This document shows, piece by piece, positions 1-8,290 of a DNA stretch of 64,000 nucleotides. Location: assembly GCA_964518725.1 (NCBI GenBank), contig CAZFKP010000014.1, positions 1,066-65,065 on the forward strand, read 5' to 3'. The first letter of the stretch is position 1. Each line of letters starts with the position of its first letter. The translations under genes were made by a program, and so were the position numbers. The DNA comes from an uncultured Rickettsiales bacterium. Lineage in GTDB: Bacteria > Pseudomonadota > Alphaproteobacteria > Rickettsiales > SXRF01. Under the pieces are notes generated by a model. The model was not told the origin of the DNA, made no database searches, and saw nothing but the letters and a program-made list of their open reading frames with translations.

Positions 1-63
1 GGGTTCACAGCCATGGGGTGGTATATTTATAGTTAATAATTTAAATGTCATTCATTTTATTTA

Positions 64-480
64 TTAGTGGCGCTTGATTTTCTCCAGTGTCCGGAGTCCG
101 CCAAGCCCAAGTATCCCCATCAGCACCGTCGAGAGTGCGTCCATGTCAAACGCCGGAAGCACCACCGGCGCCGCAGTGCTGTTGGCCAGTAAAAAAGCAA
201 GAAGCGGCTGCAACACAAAGTGATAGGCAAACGCCACCCCGCACACCCAACCGATGAAAGGCCGCCACCCAGCGACAAAGCGATCGGTGCTTGCCGCCTC
301 GACCTTGTTGATGTCGGTTTGCGCCTGGTCAGCGGAGAGCGCCGCCCGCAACTCGTCCAGATCCTGCGCTCGCTCGGATTTGAGCAACTCAAGCTTCGCC
401 CGCTCCCGCGCCACCGGGTCGGGAATGATGCGGTCAAGCAGGGCAGAAACCGCCGGAATAATGTCGAGTAACAGGCTCAT
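64..480 (-). CDS. 3-TM holin of the gene-transfer-agent/phage release type
   Basis: 138-aa ORF. The N-terminal segment LLDRIIPDPVARERAKLELLK, the DINKVEAAS..FVAGWRPFIGW motif and the C-terminal hydrophobic helices resemble the alphaproteobacterial GTA_holin_3TM family. Recognised from memory, not searched. Confidence 0.65.
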   Translation of the reverse strand: MSLLLDIIPAVSALLDRIIPDPVARERAKLELLKSERAQDLDELRAALSADQAQTDINKVEAASTDRFVAGWRPFIGWVCGVAFAYHFVLQPLLAFLLANSTAAPVVLPAFDMDALSTVLMGILGLGGLRTLEKIKRH

Positions 481-629
481 ATCCCCATAATCCGGCAGTT
501 CGCGCTGTCATGGAAGGAGGAAAATGCAGATTTTTTGAAAAAAATGATCGGGCTTGCCAAATAGTAAAATATAGGTTAATGTTTCTGGCAATATTGTTAT
601 TATTCTATTATTTAACGGGGAATGATGCC

Positions 630-1109
630 ATGACCGAACCAACAACGCCCGCCGAGGCACCAAAAGATCAGGCCACTTTGCTATACGAAGAGCTGTTGCA
701 TGCTGCTACAGAGAAGATTCGCGGAAATATAAACCCAGCAACGATATTGTCAGATAGAATCCAGCACAATGCCTACCCGGATGCATTATTAATCGACGCC
801 TTCAAGCTGGCCGCTAATATGCTGTTTGCACTCCCTGGAATGCTAGATGGAAACAGGAAACAATACCGTAGCCTGCAATCGGCTATCCGCGATGCTGAAA
901 GTGGGGTCAATGATGAGCAGACCACCTTTGCGAATAGCTTAAATAGACAGTATCAGGAACTCTCCGAGAAGAAGAACGCCATCGAAGCCATGGCAGGGAT
1001 TGCCGGCTTGCATGTGATCGGCAGAATCAAACACATGATAATTGCTGAAAATCAACAGCTTTTAGGGTTTAAGGCCCTTACCGCCGAAGCCAGAAAGCAA
1101 CGCGACTAG
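630..1109 (+). CDS. hypothetical helical protein (tandem paralog A)
   Basis: Track ORF is 510..1109. I prefer ATG 630 (GGGGA with an 8-nt spacer) because 510-629 is AT-rich and unlike the rest. No domain recognised. The N-terminal ~60 aa align to the next gene (LLYEELLHAAT..P.TILSDRI vs LLAELRLAAT..PDEIISQKI). Confidence 0.6.
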   Translation: MTEPTTPAEAPKDQATLLYEELLHAATEKIRGNINPATILSDRIQHNAYPDALLIDAFKLAANMLFALPGMLDGNRKQYRSLQSAIRDAESGVNDEQTTFANSLNRQYQELSEKKNAIEAMAGIAGLHVIGRIKHMIIAENQQLLGFKALTAEARKQRD

Positions 1110-1164
1110 ATACCCCAAAAACTCCAACCTACCATCGAACACAACCAGCAAAAAGAGGATCAGG

Positions 1165-1965
1165 ATGCAGCCAACACCCATCAAAATAAGTACCCCCGAA
1201 GACTTGCTCGCGGAACTACGACTTGCCGCCACCAGCACGCAAAGTGGGCACCTTGAGCCGGATGAGATCATCTCACAGAAAATCGAATCCGGTGAAATCG
1301 GCGACGAGGCGATTGTTGGTGCTCTGGGGTTGATTCGTAACGAAGTGCTTGAGCTCAAGATCGGCATGAACATTGCCGCTGAGGCGCGCGATTTTGCTAG
1401 CTATAGAAATCACCGGTTGGCGATGGAAGGTCTCAGGCAGGCGCTCGAAATTATTGGGCGGGAAAAAATTGTGTCACTCAAAGCGCAGCTTCCTGACAAC
1501 GAACATGTACTTCTTGACGCTTTATTGGCTCAGCCAGTAGTCGCAGATCAGGGGCAGCCACTTTACGCATCGTTGCTCACCAGCGTTGATAAGGTATTGG
1601 ACGGCGATTCCGCCTTAACGGAATTGTGGAAAGAAAATACTAAGACGGGTGGACAAATTGCCGAAGCTGTCATCATCGGCGCATTGAAACTGGCGGCAAG
1701 CGATAAAGCGGAAATCCTAGAATGGAAAGAGTCCCTCAGGAAAAAGTCCCTCAATCTAGACCCCTCAGATGATAACCATGAGAGCAGCATGCAGGCACTA
1801 AATGAAAAGCAGCGGAAACTTGGTCATGAACTGGAACGCATCGCGGGCATTCCCTCGCTCATTGCCCCGGAAACACTTAGCGCAATTGCACCGCAATTAT
1901 CGTGGGCGGAATTTACCGCGCTCGGATTATCAAAAATGGGAATAGCGCGCGATACGCCCGGCTAG
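1165..1965 (+). CDS. hypothetical helical protein (tandem paralog B)
   Basis: 266-aa ORF with AAGAGGA 6-7 nt upstream of the ATG. No domain recognised. N-terminus is paralogous to 630..1109. Confidence 0.65.
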   Translation: MQPTPIKISTPEDLLAELRLAATSTQSGHLEPDEIISQKIESGEIGDEAIVGALGLIRNEVLELKIGMNIAAEARDFASYRNHRLAMEGLRQALEIIGREKIVSLKAQLPDNEHVLLDALLAQPVVADQGQPLYASLLTSVDKVLDGDSALTELWKENTKTGGQIAEAVIIGALKLAASDKAEILEWKESLRKKSLNLDPSDDNHESSMQALNEKQRKLGHELERIAGIPSLIAPETLSAIAPQLSWAEFTALGLSKMGIARDTPG

Positions 1966-1984
1966 CACCAGCCCTACAAAAACC

Positions 1985-2575
1985 CTATAAATAGGAGGCA
2001 AGCTGGTCGCGCAGGCCGAGCAATTCGCCGCGGATGGCAGAAAGCTGCGCCCGCTGCTTCGGCGTAATCAGCGGCTTGGCCGGAGCCACCGGCTGGACGG
2101 CAACCGGCCGCGACGCCAGCTCCACATCCTGCTTCATCTGCGAGAACGCCTTGCGCGCGCCCTTGATGGTGTAGCCCTGCTGATACAGCAACGTCTTGAT
2201 GGTGGTGAGGATATCCATATCCTCCGGCCGGTAATAGCGGCGGCCGCCTCGCGATTTAGTCGGGCTGATCTGCGGGAACTGGCTCTCCCAGAAACGCAGC
2301 ACATAGGCAGGGACACCTAATATCTCTGCCGCTTCGCTGATGGTCTTAAATGCCGCCGGGGATTTTTCTTCCGGCTGTGCATGTGGCGCGGAGGCGCGCA
2401 TGGACGGAGCAGGCTTTCTTGGTTTCTCAGGCACCGGCGGCAGCTCGGCCAAAAGCGACGGCTGCACGGGCGATGCGGGTTTTACGGGTTTCTTCTGGAG
2501 TACAATGGCGGGCGCAGCAGGCTTGTTCTGCTGCATGATTTCCAACAAATCTTCTTGTAGAAAATTTAGTTGCAC
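1985..2575 (-). CDS. MerR-family transcriptional regulator (ihfA-linked)
   Basis: MerR helix-turn-helix [39 protein letters not shown] follows a Pro-rich N-terminus. It lies 18 nt downstream of ihfA, an arrangement conserved in alphaproteobacteria. Confidence 0.8.
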   Translation of the reverse strand: MQLNFLQEDLLEIMQQNKPAAPAIVLQKKPVKPASPVQPSLLAELPPVPEKPRKPAPSMRASAPHAQPEEKSPAAFKTISEAAEILGVPAYVLRFWESQFPQISPTKSRGGRRYYRPEDMDILTTIKTLLYQQGYTIKGARKAFSQMKQDVELASRPVAVQPVAPAKPLITPKQRAQLSAIRGELLGLRDQLASYL

Positions 2576-2593
2576 CGATCCCCCTTGTTGGAG

Positions 2594-2911
2594 TTACGCT
2601 AACTCGACGTTCTTACCTACCAGATTTTGGTTAACTTTTGCTTTAAGCAAATTCGAGGCATTGAACGACAAAACCACCCGCGATGTAATCGGCACTTCCT
2701 TGCCGGTTTTCGGATTGCGTCCCATGCGTTGTTTTTTCTTGCGGAGGCTGAAGGTGCCAAACGACGAAAGCTTCACGTCATTGCCCTGCTCAAGGGCGAC
2801 GCAAATTTCATCGACCACCGTGTCGACCAGCGCGTTGCATTCCTGAAGTGAAAGGCCGATCTGCTTGTAAACAGCGTTGCTCAAATCAGCACGTGTCAGA
2901 GTTTTTGGCAT
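2594..2911 (-). CDS. ihfA: integration host factor subunit alpha
   Basis: 105 aa. LTRADLSNAVYKQ..FGTFSLRKKKQRMGRNPKTGKEVPI is a typical IHF/HU fold with the GRNPKTG arm. Confidence 0.92.
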   Translation of the reverse strand: MPKTLTRADLSNAVYKQIGLSLQECNALVDTVVDEICVALEQGNDVKLSSFGTFSLRKKKQRMGRNPKTGKEVPITSRVVLSFNASNLLKAKVNQNLVGKNVELA

Positions 2912-3027
2912 AGTATTGATCCTTGTCGATGTAGTTGGAACAAAAAGCGATTGGTTTCTGATTATATTTGAACAACATACACTAAAAATCCATCAAAAAC
3001 AAGGGGTATTTTAACGATAAATCCGCA

Positions 3028-4188
3028 TCAGCGCTTCGCCGGAACCGCCGCGGCGCCCGTTTTCTGCATCATCTGGCGCCCGGGAAATAGCTTGGCCTGC
3101 TGAGCTTTCTGTTGGGCAACGCGCTGCTCAAGGGCTTTCTGCTGGGCAATAATCGCCTGCTGCTGGGCAGCGGCCTGGGCATTGGCCGTCGGGATTGAAA
3201 CCTCCCAGTTCTTGGCAATCCGCTGGCAACGTTTATGCACATCCGCCAGGGTGCCCACACCATTTTCCTTGCGGTAGGTACGTGACGGCATCTGGTTCAG
3301 CTGGTCGAAAATCGCCTGCTTGGATGGAACCAGCACCCGGTTAACATAGGGCTGCCCGACACCAAACATTTTCATCACCTCGAGGCTCGCACGTTTTGCA
3401 TCCTCGCGGTTGAGGGCGATCAGCTCCTCCGCCTCCTCGTCCGAAATTTCCATGGTCTGGTTGGCGGCCAGCGCAAACGACCAATATTGGAAAACACAGG
3501 CATGGTAGGACATTTCGTAGACTTTGGTATCGAGTGTTTTCAGGTTTTCCTGGTATTGCTTGAGCTGCTTCTGGCGTTCCGCAAGCTGCTTGGCTTCAAT
3601 CGCCGCCGCCTGCTGCGCGGCTTCCAGCGCCCGGATTCTTCCCTCACGCGCTTCTTTCTCCTGCTGCTCCTTGACCTGCCGCTGCGCGTTCTCGTAGGTG
3701 TTCTGCGCGAGGATGGTCTGGCTTTTCACATACGCATCCATCAGCTTCACGATGTCGTCATGCCCGGCGCGGAAGGCAATGGTGCGGGCAATATCGCCGT
3801 TATTGTCGAGCGAATAATAGTCGATCCGGTTTTTGAGCAAATGTTCCACTACTCCCGGCTTGCCAGCGCGGGAAGCGTAATAAAGCGCGGTCTGCCCCTG
3901 CTTGTCCTTGGTGTTGACATCCGCGCCACCTTCCAGCAGCGCCTGCACCGCACCAAGCGCCTCGCCATCCTTGCGCGACGCCGCCACCAGCAATAGCGGC
4001 AACCCCTCGGCATTCACCCCGTTCGGATTGGCGCCCTTGGAAAGCAAAAGCTTGATATCGTCCGCCCGCCCGAGCGCCACCCGGTAGGCAAGCTCGTCCT
4101 TGCCGGCAACCGGCTGCGCCAGAGACGGCATCGCGCACAGCGCAAGCAGCGCCGCCATCATTATACCAATCAGCCTATTCCTTGACAT
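3028..4188 (-). CDS. secreted ankyrin-repeat / coiled-coil protein
   Basis: Track ORF is 3028..4206. I prefer Met7 (ATG 4188, GGGG 4-5 nt upstream), which gives the signal peptide MSRNRLIGIMMAALLALCAMPSLA-QP. At least three ANK-like repeats (GANPNGVNAEGLPLL, GADVNTKDKQGQTALYYASRAG, NNGDIARTIAFRAGHDDIVKLM) are followed by a Q/E/K-rich coiled coil and an unassigned C-terminal domain. Confidence 0.75.
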   Translation of the reverse strand: MSRNRLIGIMMAALLALCAMPSLAQPVAGKDELAYRVALGRADDIKLLLSKGANPNGVNAEGLPLLLVAASRKDGEALGAVQALLEGGADVNTKDKQGQTALYYASRAGKPGVVEHLLKNRIDYYSLDNNGDIARTIAFRAGHDDIVKLMDAYVKSQTILAQNTYENAQRQVKEQQEKEAREGRIRALEAAQQAAAIEAKQLAERQKQLKQYQENLKTLDTKVYEMSYHACVFQYWSFALAANQTMEISDEEAEELIALNREDAKRASLEVMKMFGVGQPYVNRVLVPSKQAIFDQLNQMPSRTYRKENGVGTLADVHKRCQRIAKNWEVSIPTANAQAAAQQQAIIAQQKALEQRVAQQKAQQAKLFPGRQMMQKTGAAAVPAKR

Positions 4189-4210
4189 TTCACCCCATCG
4201 TACCATATCA
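4181..4210 (+). promoter_or_regulatory. putative RpoH (sigma32)-type promoter of htpG
   Basis: CTTG (4181-4184), N19, CATATCA (4204-4210), about 32 nt upstream of the htpG ATG. It approximates the alphaproteobacterial consensus CTTG-N17/18-CYTATNT but has a long spacer. It lies inside the 5' end of the divergent ankyrin ORF. Confidence 0.35.
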
Positions 4211-4241
4211 GCCTTGATGATTGTAGCAGAAGGTAAGGATT

Positions 4242-6101
4242 ATGACCCAGAAAAACGAAGAATTGCTTAAATTTAATGCCGAAATCGGCAAAGTCCTGCA
4301 GCTGATGATCCATTCGTTGTACACGAATAAGGATATCTTCCTGCGTGAACTGATCTCCAATGCCTCCGACGCCTGCGACAAGCTGCGCTACGAGGCGATT
4401 ACGAACCCGGAATTGCTGGCCGGTGAACAGGAGCTGGCGATTTCCGTGACGCTGGATAAAGACGCCCGCACTATCACCCTCAACGATTCCGGCATCGGCA
4501 TGAGCCGCGAGGAGCTGATCCACAATCTCGGCACCATCGCCAAATCCGGCACGCAGGAATTCCTATCCCGCCTGTCCGGCGACATGAAAAAAGACACGAG
4601 CCTGATCGGCCAGTTCGGGGTGGGGTTCTATTCCGCCTTCATGGTGGCAAGCGACGTCACCGTCACCTCGCGCCGCGCCGGCAGCAACGAGCGCTGGCAA
4701 TGGCAATCCGATGGCAGCGGCGAATTCCGCATCACCCCCTGCGAGTCGCTCAGCGCCCGTGGCACCAGCATTCGCCTGACACTGAAAGACGGAGAAGACG
4801 GTTACCTCGACCCGTTCCGCCTGCGCCATATTATCGAAACCTATTCCAACCACATTTCTTTCCCGATCACGCTGGCCTACGACGATACGACCGACACCAT
4901 CAACACCGGATCGGCGCTGTGGACACGCAGCAAATCGGACGTGACTAAAGAGCAGTATGACGAATTTTACCACCATGTCGCCCACTCACCGGACGAACCA
5001 TGGCTCACCCTGCACAACAAGAATGAAGGCAAGCTCGACTACACCAATTTGCTGTTTATCCCTTCCATTAAACCATTTGACCTCTACCACCCCGACCGCA
5101 AACGTCGGGTGAAACTCTATGTCAAACGCGTCTTTATCACCGAAGAAAATGTCGACCTCGTGCCTGCCTACCTGCGCTTCCTGCGCGGGGTAGTGGATTC
5201 CCAAGACCTGCCGCTCAACATCAGCCGCGAAACGCTGCAGGCCAACCCGCTGCTGGGCGCCATCCGCGAAAGCCTGGTGAAACGCACCCTCTCGGAACTG
5301 AAGAAGAAATCTGACAGCACCCCCGAAGGCTACCAGACATTCTGGGAGAATTTCGGCCCCGTCCTGAAAGAAGGGCTGTGTGAAAGCACCAGCCCCCGCG
5401 AAGCCATCCTCGATGTCTGCCGCTTCGCCTCGACGCACGAAGCATCCGTCACGCTTGATGCTTATATCAGCCGCATGAAAAGCGGTCAGGAAACCATCTT
5501 CTATGCCACCGGCGATTCGATAGAAAGCCTGAAAGCCAGCCCGCAACTCGAAGGCTTCACCGCGCGCGGCATCGAGGTGCTGCTGATGAGCGACCATGTC
5601 GATGATTTCTGGCTAAACGTGGTGCAGGATTACAAAGGCAAGAAATTCAAATCCATCACCCGCAGCGACATCGACCTCGACGCCTTCCCGCGCCTCAACA
5701 CCGAAGAAAAACCGGAAGAGGAACTCCCCGCCGACACGGCGGAGGCGCTGTGCAAACGCATCAAGGCCACGCTCGGCGACCATGTGCGCGATGTGCGGGT
5801 GACACACAAGCTGGGTGCCAGCGCCGTCTGCCTTGCTACTCCGGAAGGCGCGATGGATTTCCGTTTCGAGCGTTTCCTGATCGAGCAAAAACAGCTGGCA
5901 AACGCCGCCGCGAAAATCCTGGAGATCAACCCGCACCACCCGATCATCGCCTCGCTGGCAAGCAACACCAGCACCGACGCCGACGACGTGATCTGGCTGC
6001 TGTTAGACCAGGCGCGCATCCTCGAAGGCGAGGGCGTGCTGAACCCGGCGGATTTCACCCGCCGGCTGCAGGGGTTTGTTGAAAAAAGCCTGGCCGCGTG
6101 A
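4242..6101 (+). CDS. htpG: molecular chaperone HtpG (Hsp90)
   Basis: 619 aa. Bergerat ATPase motifs ELISNASDACDKLR and DSGIGMS are present, with full-length Hsp90 architecture. AAGGTAAGGA lies upstream. Confidence 0.97.
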   Translation: MTQKNEELLKFNAEIGKVLQLMIHSLYTNKDIFLRELISNASDACDKLRYEAITNPELLAGEQELAISVTLDKDARTITLNDSGIGMSREELIHNLGTIAKSGTQEFLSRLSGDMKKDTSLIGQFGVGFYSAFMVASDVTVTSRRAGSNERWQWQSDGSGEFRITPCESLSARGTSIRLTLKDGEDGYLDPFRLRHIIETYSNHISFPITLAYDDTTDTINTGSALWTRSKSDVTKEQYDEFYHHVAHSPDEPWLTLHNKNEGKLDYTNLLFIPSIKPFDLYHPDRKRRVKLYVKRVFITEENVDLVPAYLRFLRGVVDSQDLPLNISRETLQANPLLGAIRESLVKRTLSELKKKSDSTPEGYQTFWENFGPVLKEGLCESTSPREAILDVCRFASTHEASVTLDAYISRMKSGQETIFYATGDSIESLKASPQLEGFTARGIEVLLMSDHVDDFWLNVVQDYKGKKFKSITRSDIDLDAFPRLNTEEKPEEELPADTAEALCKRIKATLGDHVRDVRVTHKLGASAVCLATPEGAMDFRFERFLIEQKQLANAAAKILEINPHHPIIASLASNTSTDADDVIWLLLDQARILEGEGVLNPADFTRRLQGFVEKSLAA

Positions 6102-7340
6102 TTACGATGGAGAACCGACCCCACCGCCAGCTTCTGGCGTCCTGACCGCGCGCGCTGTGTGCGATATCGGGCGTTCATCCCACCGCGGGGGCGCGCCGAT
6201 ATCAACAATTTCAGGGTGTTCGTTGAGAAATCGAACCTGCTCGGCGCGAAGCTGGTCGAACTCTTCGTGCTTTCCCTCATCCCGCTGTTGCCTGATGGCA
6301 ATCAGCAACATGTTGCGTGTGTGTGCGATGTCAGAGAATCGCGCCGTGCCCTCCAAACATTCAAGGTTCGCACGGCAGGCCTTTTCAAGCTCCGACCAAT
6401 CATCTTGTTTCCATAGCACTTGCCGTAATTTTCCAAACACCTCCTGCCGCATCTCAGGGTCGCTTACCGTGCGGGCATTCTCAATCCAGTAATCAACCAC
6501 GCTCGCTTGGGCGATGGAGCGGTCGGTTCCTTGCTTCATAATCGCGTCCATCAGATCCGCATAGGCGTCGGTCAATCCCCTTTTGTTGCATTCGGAAATC
6601 GCAAGCCCCAGACGTTCATACTGCAACCGCTCCACTTCCGGCCAGTTTTCCAGTTCAATATTGGCGTGAGATGCATGTTTGAGTGCAAAATACTGTTCTT
6701 TCTTATAACCAATACTACGCGCAAACTCCAGATGCTGTTGTGCAAACTCCGCGACTTCATCCCACTTCTTCTGCTGCTTAAGCAATGGTATAAGTGCTAT
6801 GTATGACCTGATTCTCCTGTACCCATCACCCTGCTCAATCGCAAATGTCAAGGAACGCCTGGCAACCTCCTCCTGTGTTTTTAAATCACCGTCTTGCTCC
6901 AGCATGTCACGTGCAGCCTCCATGTGACTCACCGCAAGCGACGCCTCCCTCTGGTCGCCGGCTCTTACCGCACATTCAAAATAATCCTGTGCCGTCAGGG
7001 CGAATCCTCGCATATTCCGCTTACCTTCATACGCCGATGACAATGCATTCAACGCACGGAGCTCACTTGTTGGCCTGCCGCTCTCACGGGCAACATCCAG
7101 ATAGGCCTGTGCCGTGTCGGCCAGTTCTTCCCATTTAGCCTGCTTGCGGAAAATATCCACCATGTACGAATAAGCATAGCATTGGTGGTCGGCCGCTTCG
7201 GTGGGAGGGAGATCGCGAGCCATCCGGAGGATGTCTTCCGCAACACCAAGCGCATCATCCCACCGCCCTGATTTCTGAAAAAGATCGTGAAGACCATGGC
7301 GAAATTCATCGATACTCTGTGCAGCCGCTTGTCCTGTCAT
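6102..7340 (-). CDS. TPR-like helical repeat protein, function unknown
   Basis: 412 aa with no signal peptide. Recurrent units are FRKQAKWEELADTAQAYLDVARESG, LKQQKKWDEVAEFAQQHLEFARSIG and LWKQDDWSELEKACRANLECLEG. The stop codon abuts the htpG stop (6101|6102). Confidence 0.6.
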   Translation of the reverse strand: MTGQAAAQSIDEFRHGLHDLFQKSGRWDDALGVAEDILRMARDLPPTEAADHQCYAYSYMVDIFRKQAKWEELADTAQAYLDVARESGRPTSELRALNALSSAYEGKRNMRGFALTAQDYFECAVRAGDQREASLAVSHMEAARDMLEQDGDLKTQEEVARRSLTFAIEQGDGYRRIRSYIALIPLLKQQKKWDEVAEFAQQHLEFARSIGYKKEQYFALKHASHANIELENWPEVERLQYERLGLAISECNKRGLTDAYADLMDAIMKQGTDRSIAQASVVDYWIENARTVSDPEMRQEVFGKLRQVLWKQDDWSELEKACRANLECLEGTARFSDIAHTRNMLLIAIRQQRDEGKHEEFDQLRAEQVRFLNEHPEIVDIGAPPRWDERPISHTARAVRTPEAGGGVGSPS

Positions 7341-7502
7341 TATCCCCCCCGTTATTGAATCTTAAGATGTTACCCTGCCATATTTCATCAACACCAACCA
7401 CCGCCTGTTTGTTAAGTTTTGGTGACAGTCGGGTTTATTAATATATAACAGTCAGTTCAAACGCCGGTTGAACCAAATCCCAGGGTGTGATAGAAGCCCC
7501 TG

Positions 7503-8249
7503 ATGGTCGCCTTGCAACGCTCCCCAAACGTCACTGTCAAGCTCTCCGTTGTTGTGCCCTGCTACAACGAGCAGCCGACACTGCGCGCCAGTATCGAGCG
7601 CCTGCACGCCACGCTTTCCACCGAATGCACCTTGGAAATCATTATTGTCGATGACTGCTCCCACGATGATAGTCTTAATATCGCGGAAAGCCTCGCTACC
7701 CAGTTCCCAGCCATCAAGCTCTACAAACATTCCATCAACCAGGGCAAAGGCGCCGCGCTCCGCACCGGGCTCTCCAAAACCACGGGCGACGTCGTCGCCA
7801 TTCACGACGCCGACATGGAATATAACCCCGCCGACCTGAAGCGCATGCTGAATTTCATGCTGGAAAACCACGCCGACGTGGTGTTCGGCACCCGCTTCAA
7901 ATACCACGACGGCAGCCGGGTGCTTTATTTCTGGCATATGGTCGCCAACAAGATCATCACCCTGTGGTGCAATATGTGGACGAACCTGAACTTGACCGAC
8001 ATTGAGTGCTGCTACAAAATGTTCAGCCGCGATGTAGCGAATAAACTCACCATCGAAGAGGATCGCTTCGGCGTCGAGCCGGAGCTGGTGGCCAAATGCG
8101 CCCATATGCGGCTCAATGGCCGCCAACTGAAAATATACGAGATGGGCATCGACTACCACGGACGCACTTACGAAGAAGGCAAGAAAATCGGTTGGAAGGA
8201 TGGCGTCCGCGCCATCTGGGCAATTACCAAATATAACCTACGCAAATGA
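7503..8249 (+). CDS. family 2 glycosyltransferase (polyprenol-phosphate sugar synthase-like)
   Basis: KLSVVVPCYNEQ, IIVDDCSHDDS and HDADMEY (DxD) are motifs of the Dpm1/ArnC-like GT2 family. Confidence 0.85.
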   Translation: MVALQRSPNVTVKLSVVVPCYNEQPTLRASIERLHATLSTECTLEIIIVDDCSHDDSLNIAESLATQFPAIKLYKHSINQGKGAALRTGLSKTTGDVVAIHDADMEYNPADLKRMLNFMLENHADVVFGTRFKYHDGSRVLYFWHMVANKIITLWCNMWTNLNLTDIECCYKMFSRDVANKLTIEEDRFGVEPELVAKCAHMRLNGRQLKIYEMGIDYHGRTYEEGKKIGWKDGVRAIWAITKYNLRK

Positions 8250-8290
8250 AATAACAGCAACATGGTTTTACGCTGGTCGAGCTCTCGATC

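Noticed and set aside
514-538. Perfect AAGGAGG followed by a 4-codon mini-ORF (ATG 524, MQIF-stop) in the divergent region before the first orphan gene.
   Set aside because: The SD-to-ATG spacing is only ~3 nt, and a single tiny ORF cannot be distinguished from chance. There is no downstream attenuator structure that I could pair with it.
4242-7340. The TPR-like protein as an Hsp90 co-chaperone, by analogy with eukaryotic Hop/TPR binding to MEEVD.
   Set aside because: This HtpG ends in ..VEKSLAA with no MEEVD-like acidic tail. Convergent adjacency in such a compact genome is weak evidence of a functional link.
7452-8159. Long antisense ORFs opposite well-supported genes. Examples are 7452..8159, 4986..5597, 32231..32953, 34886..35617, 46185..47225, 49077..49991, 50520..51461, 59053..59904, 60034..60876 and 61420..62142.
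   Set aside because: Each lies opposite a gene with unmistakable family motifs. Their translations are H/R/G/V/A-rich low-information strings typical of the antisense frame of GC-rich genes. None has an SD or a recognisable motif.
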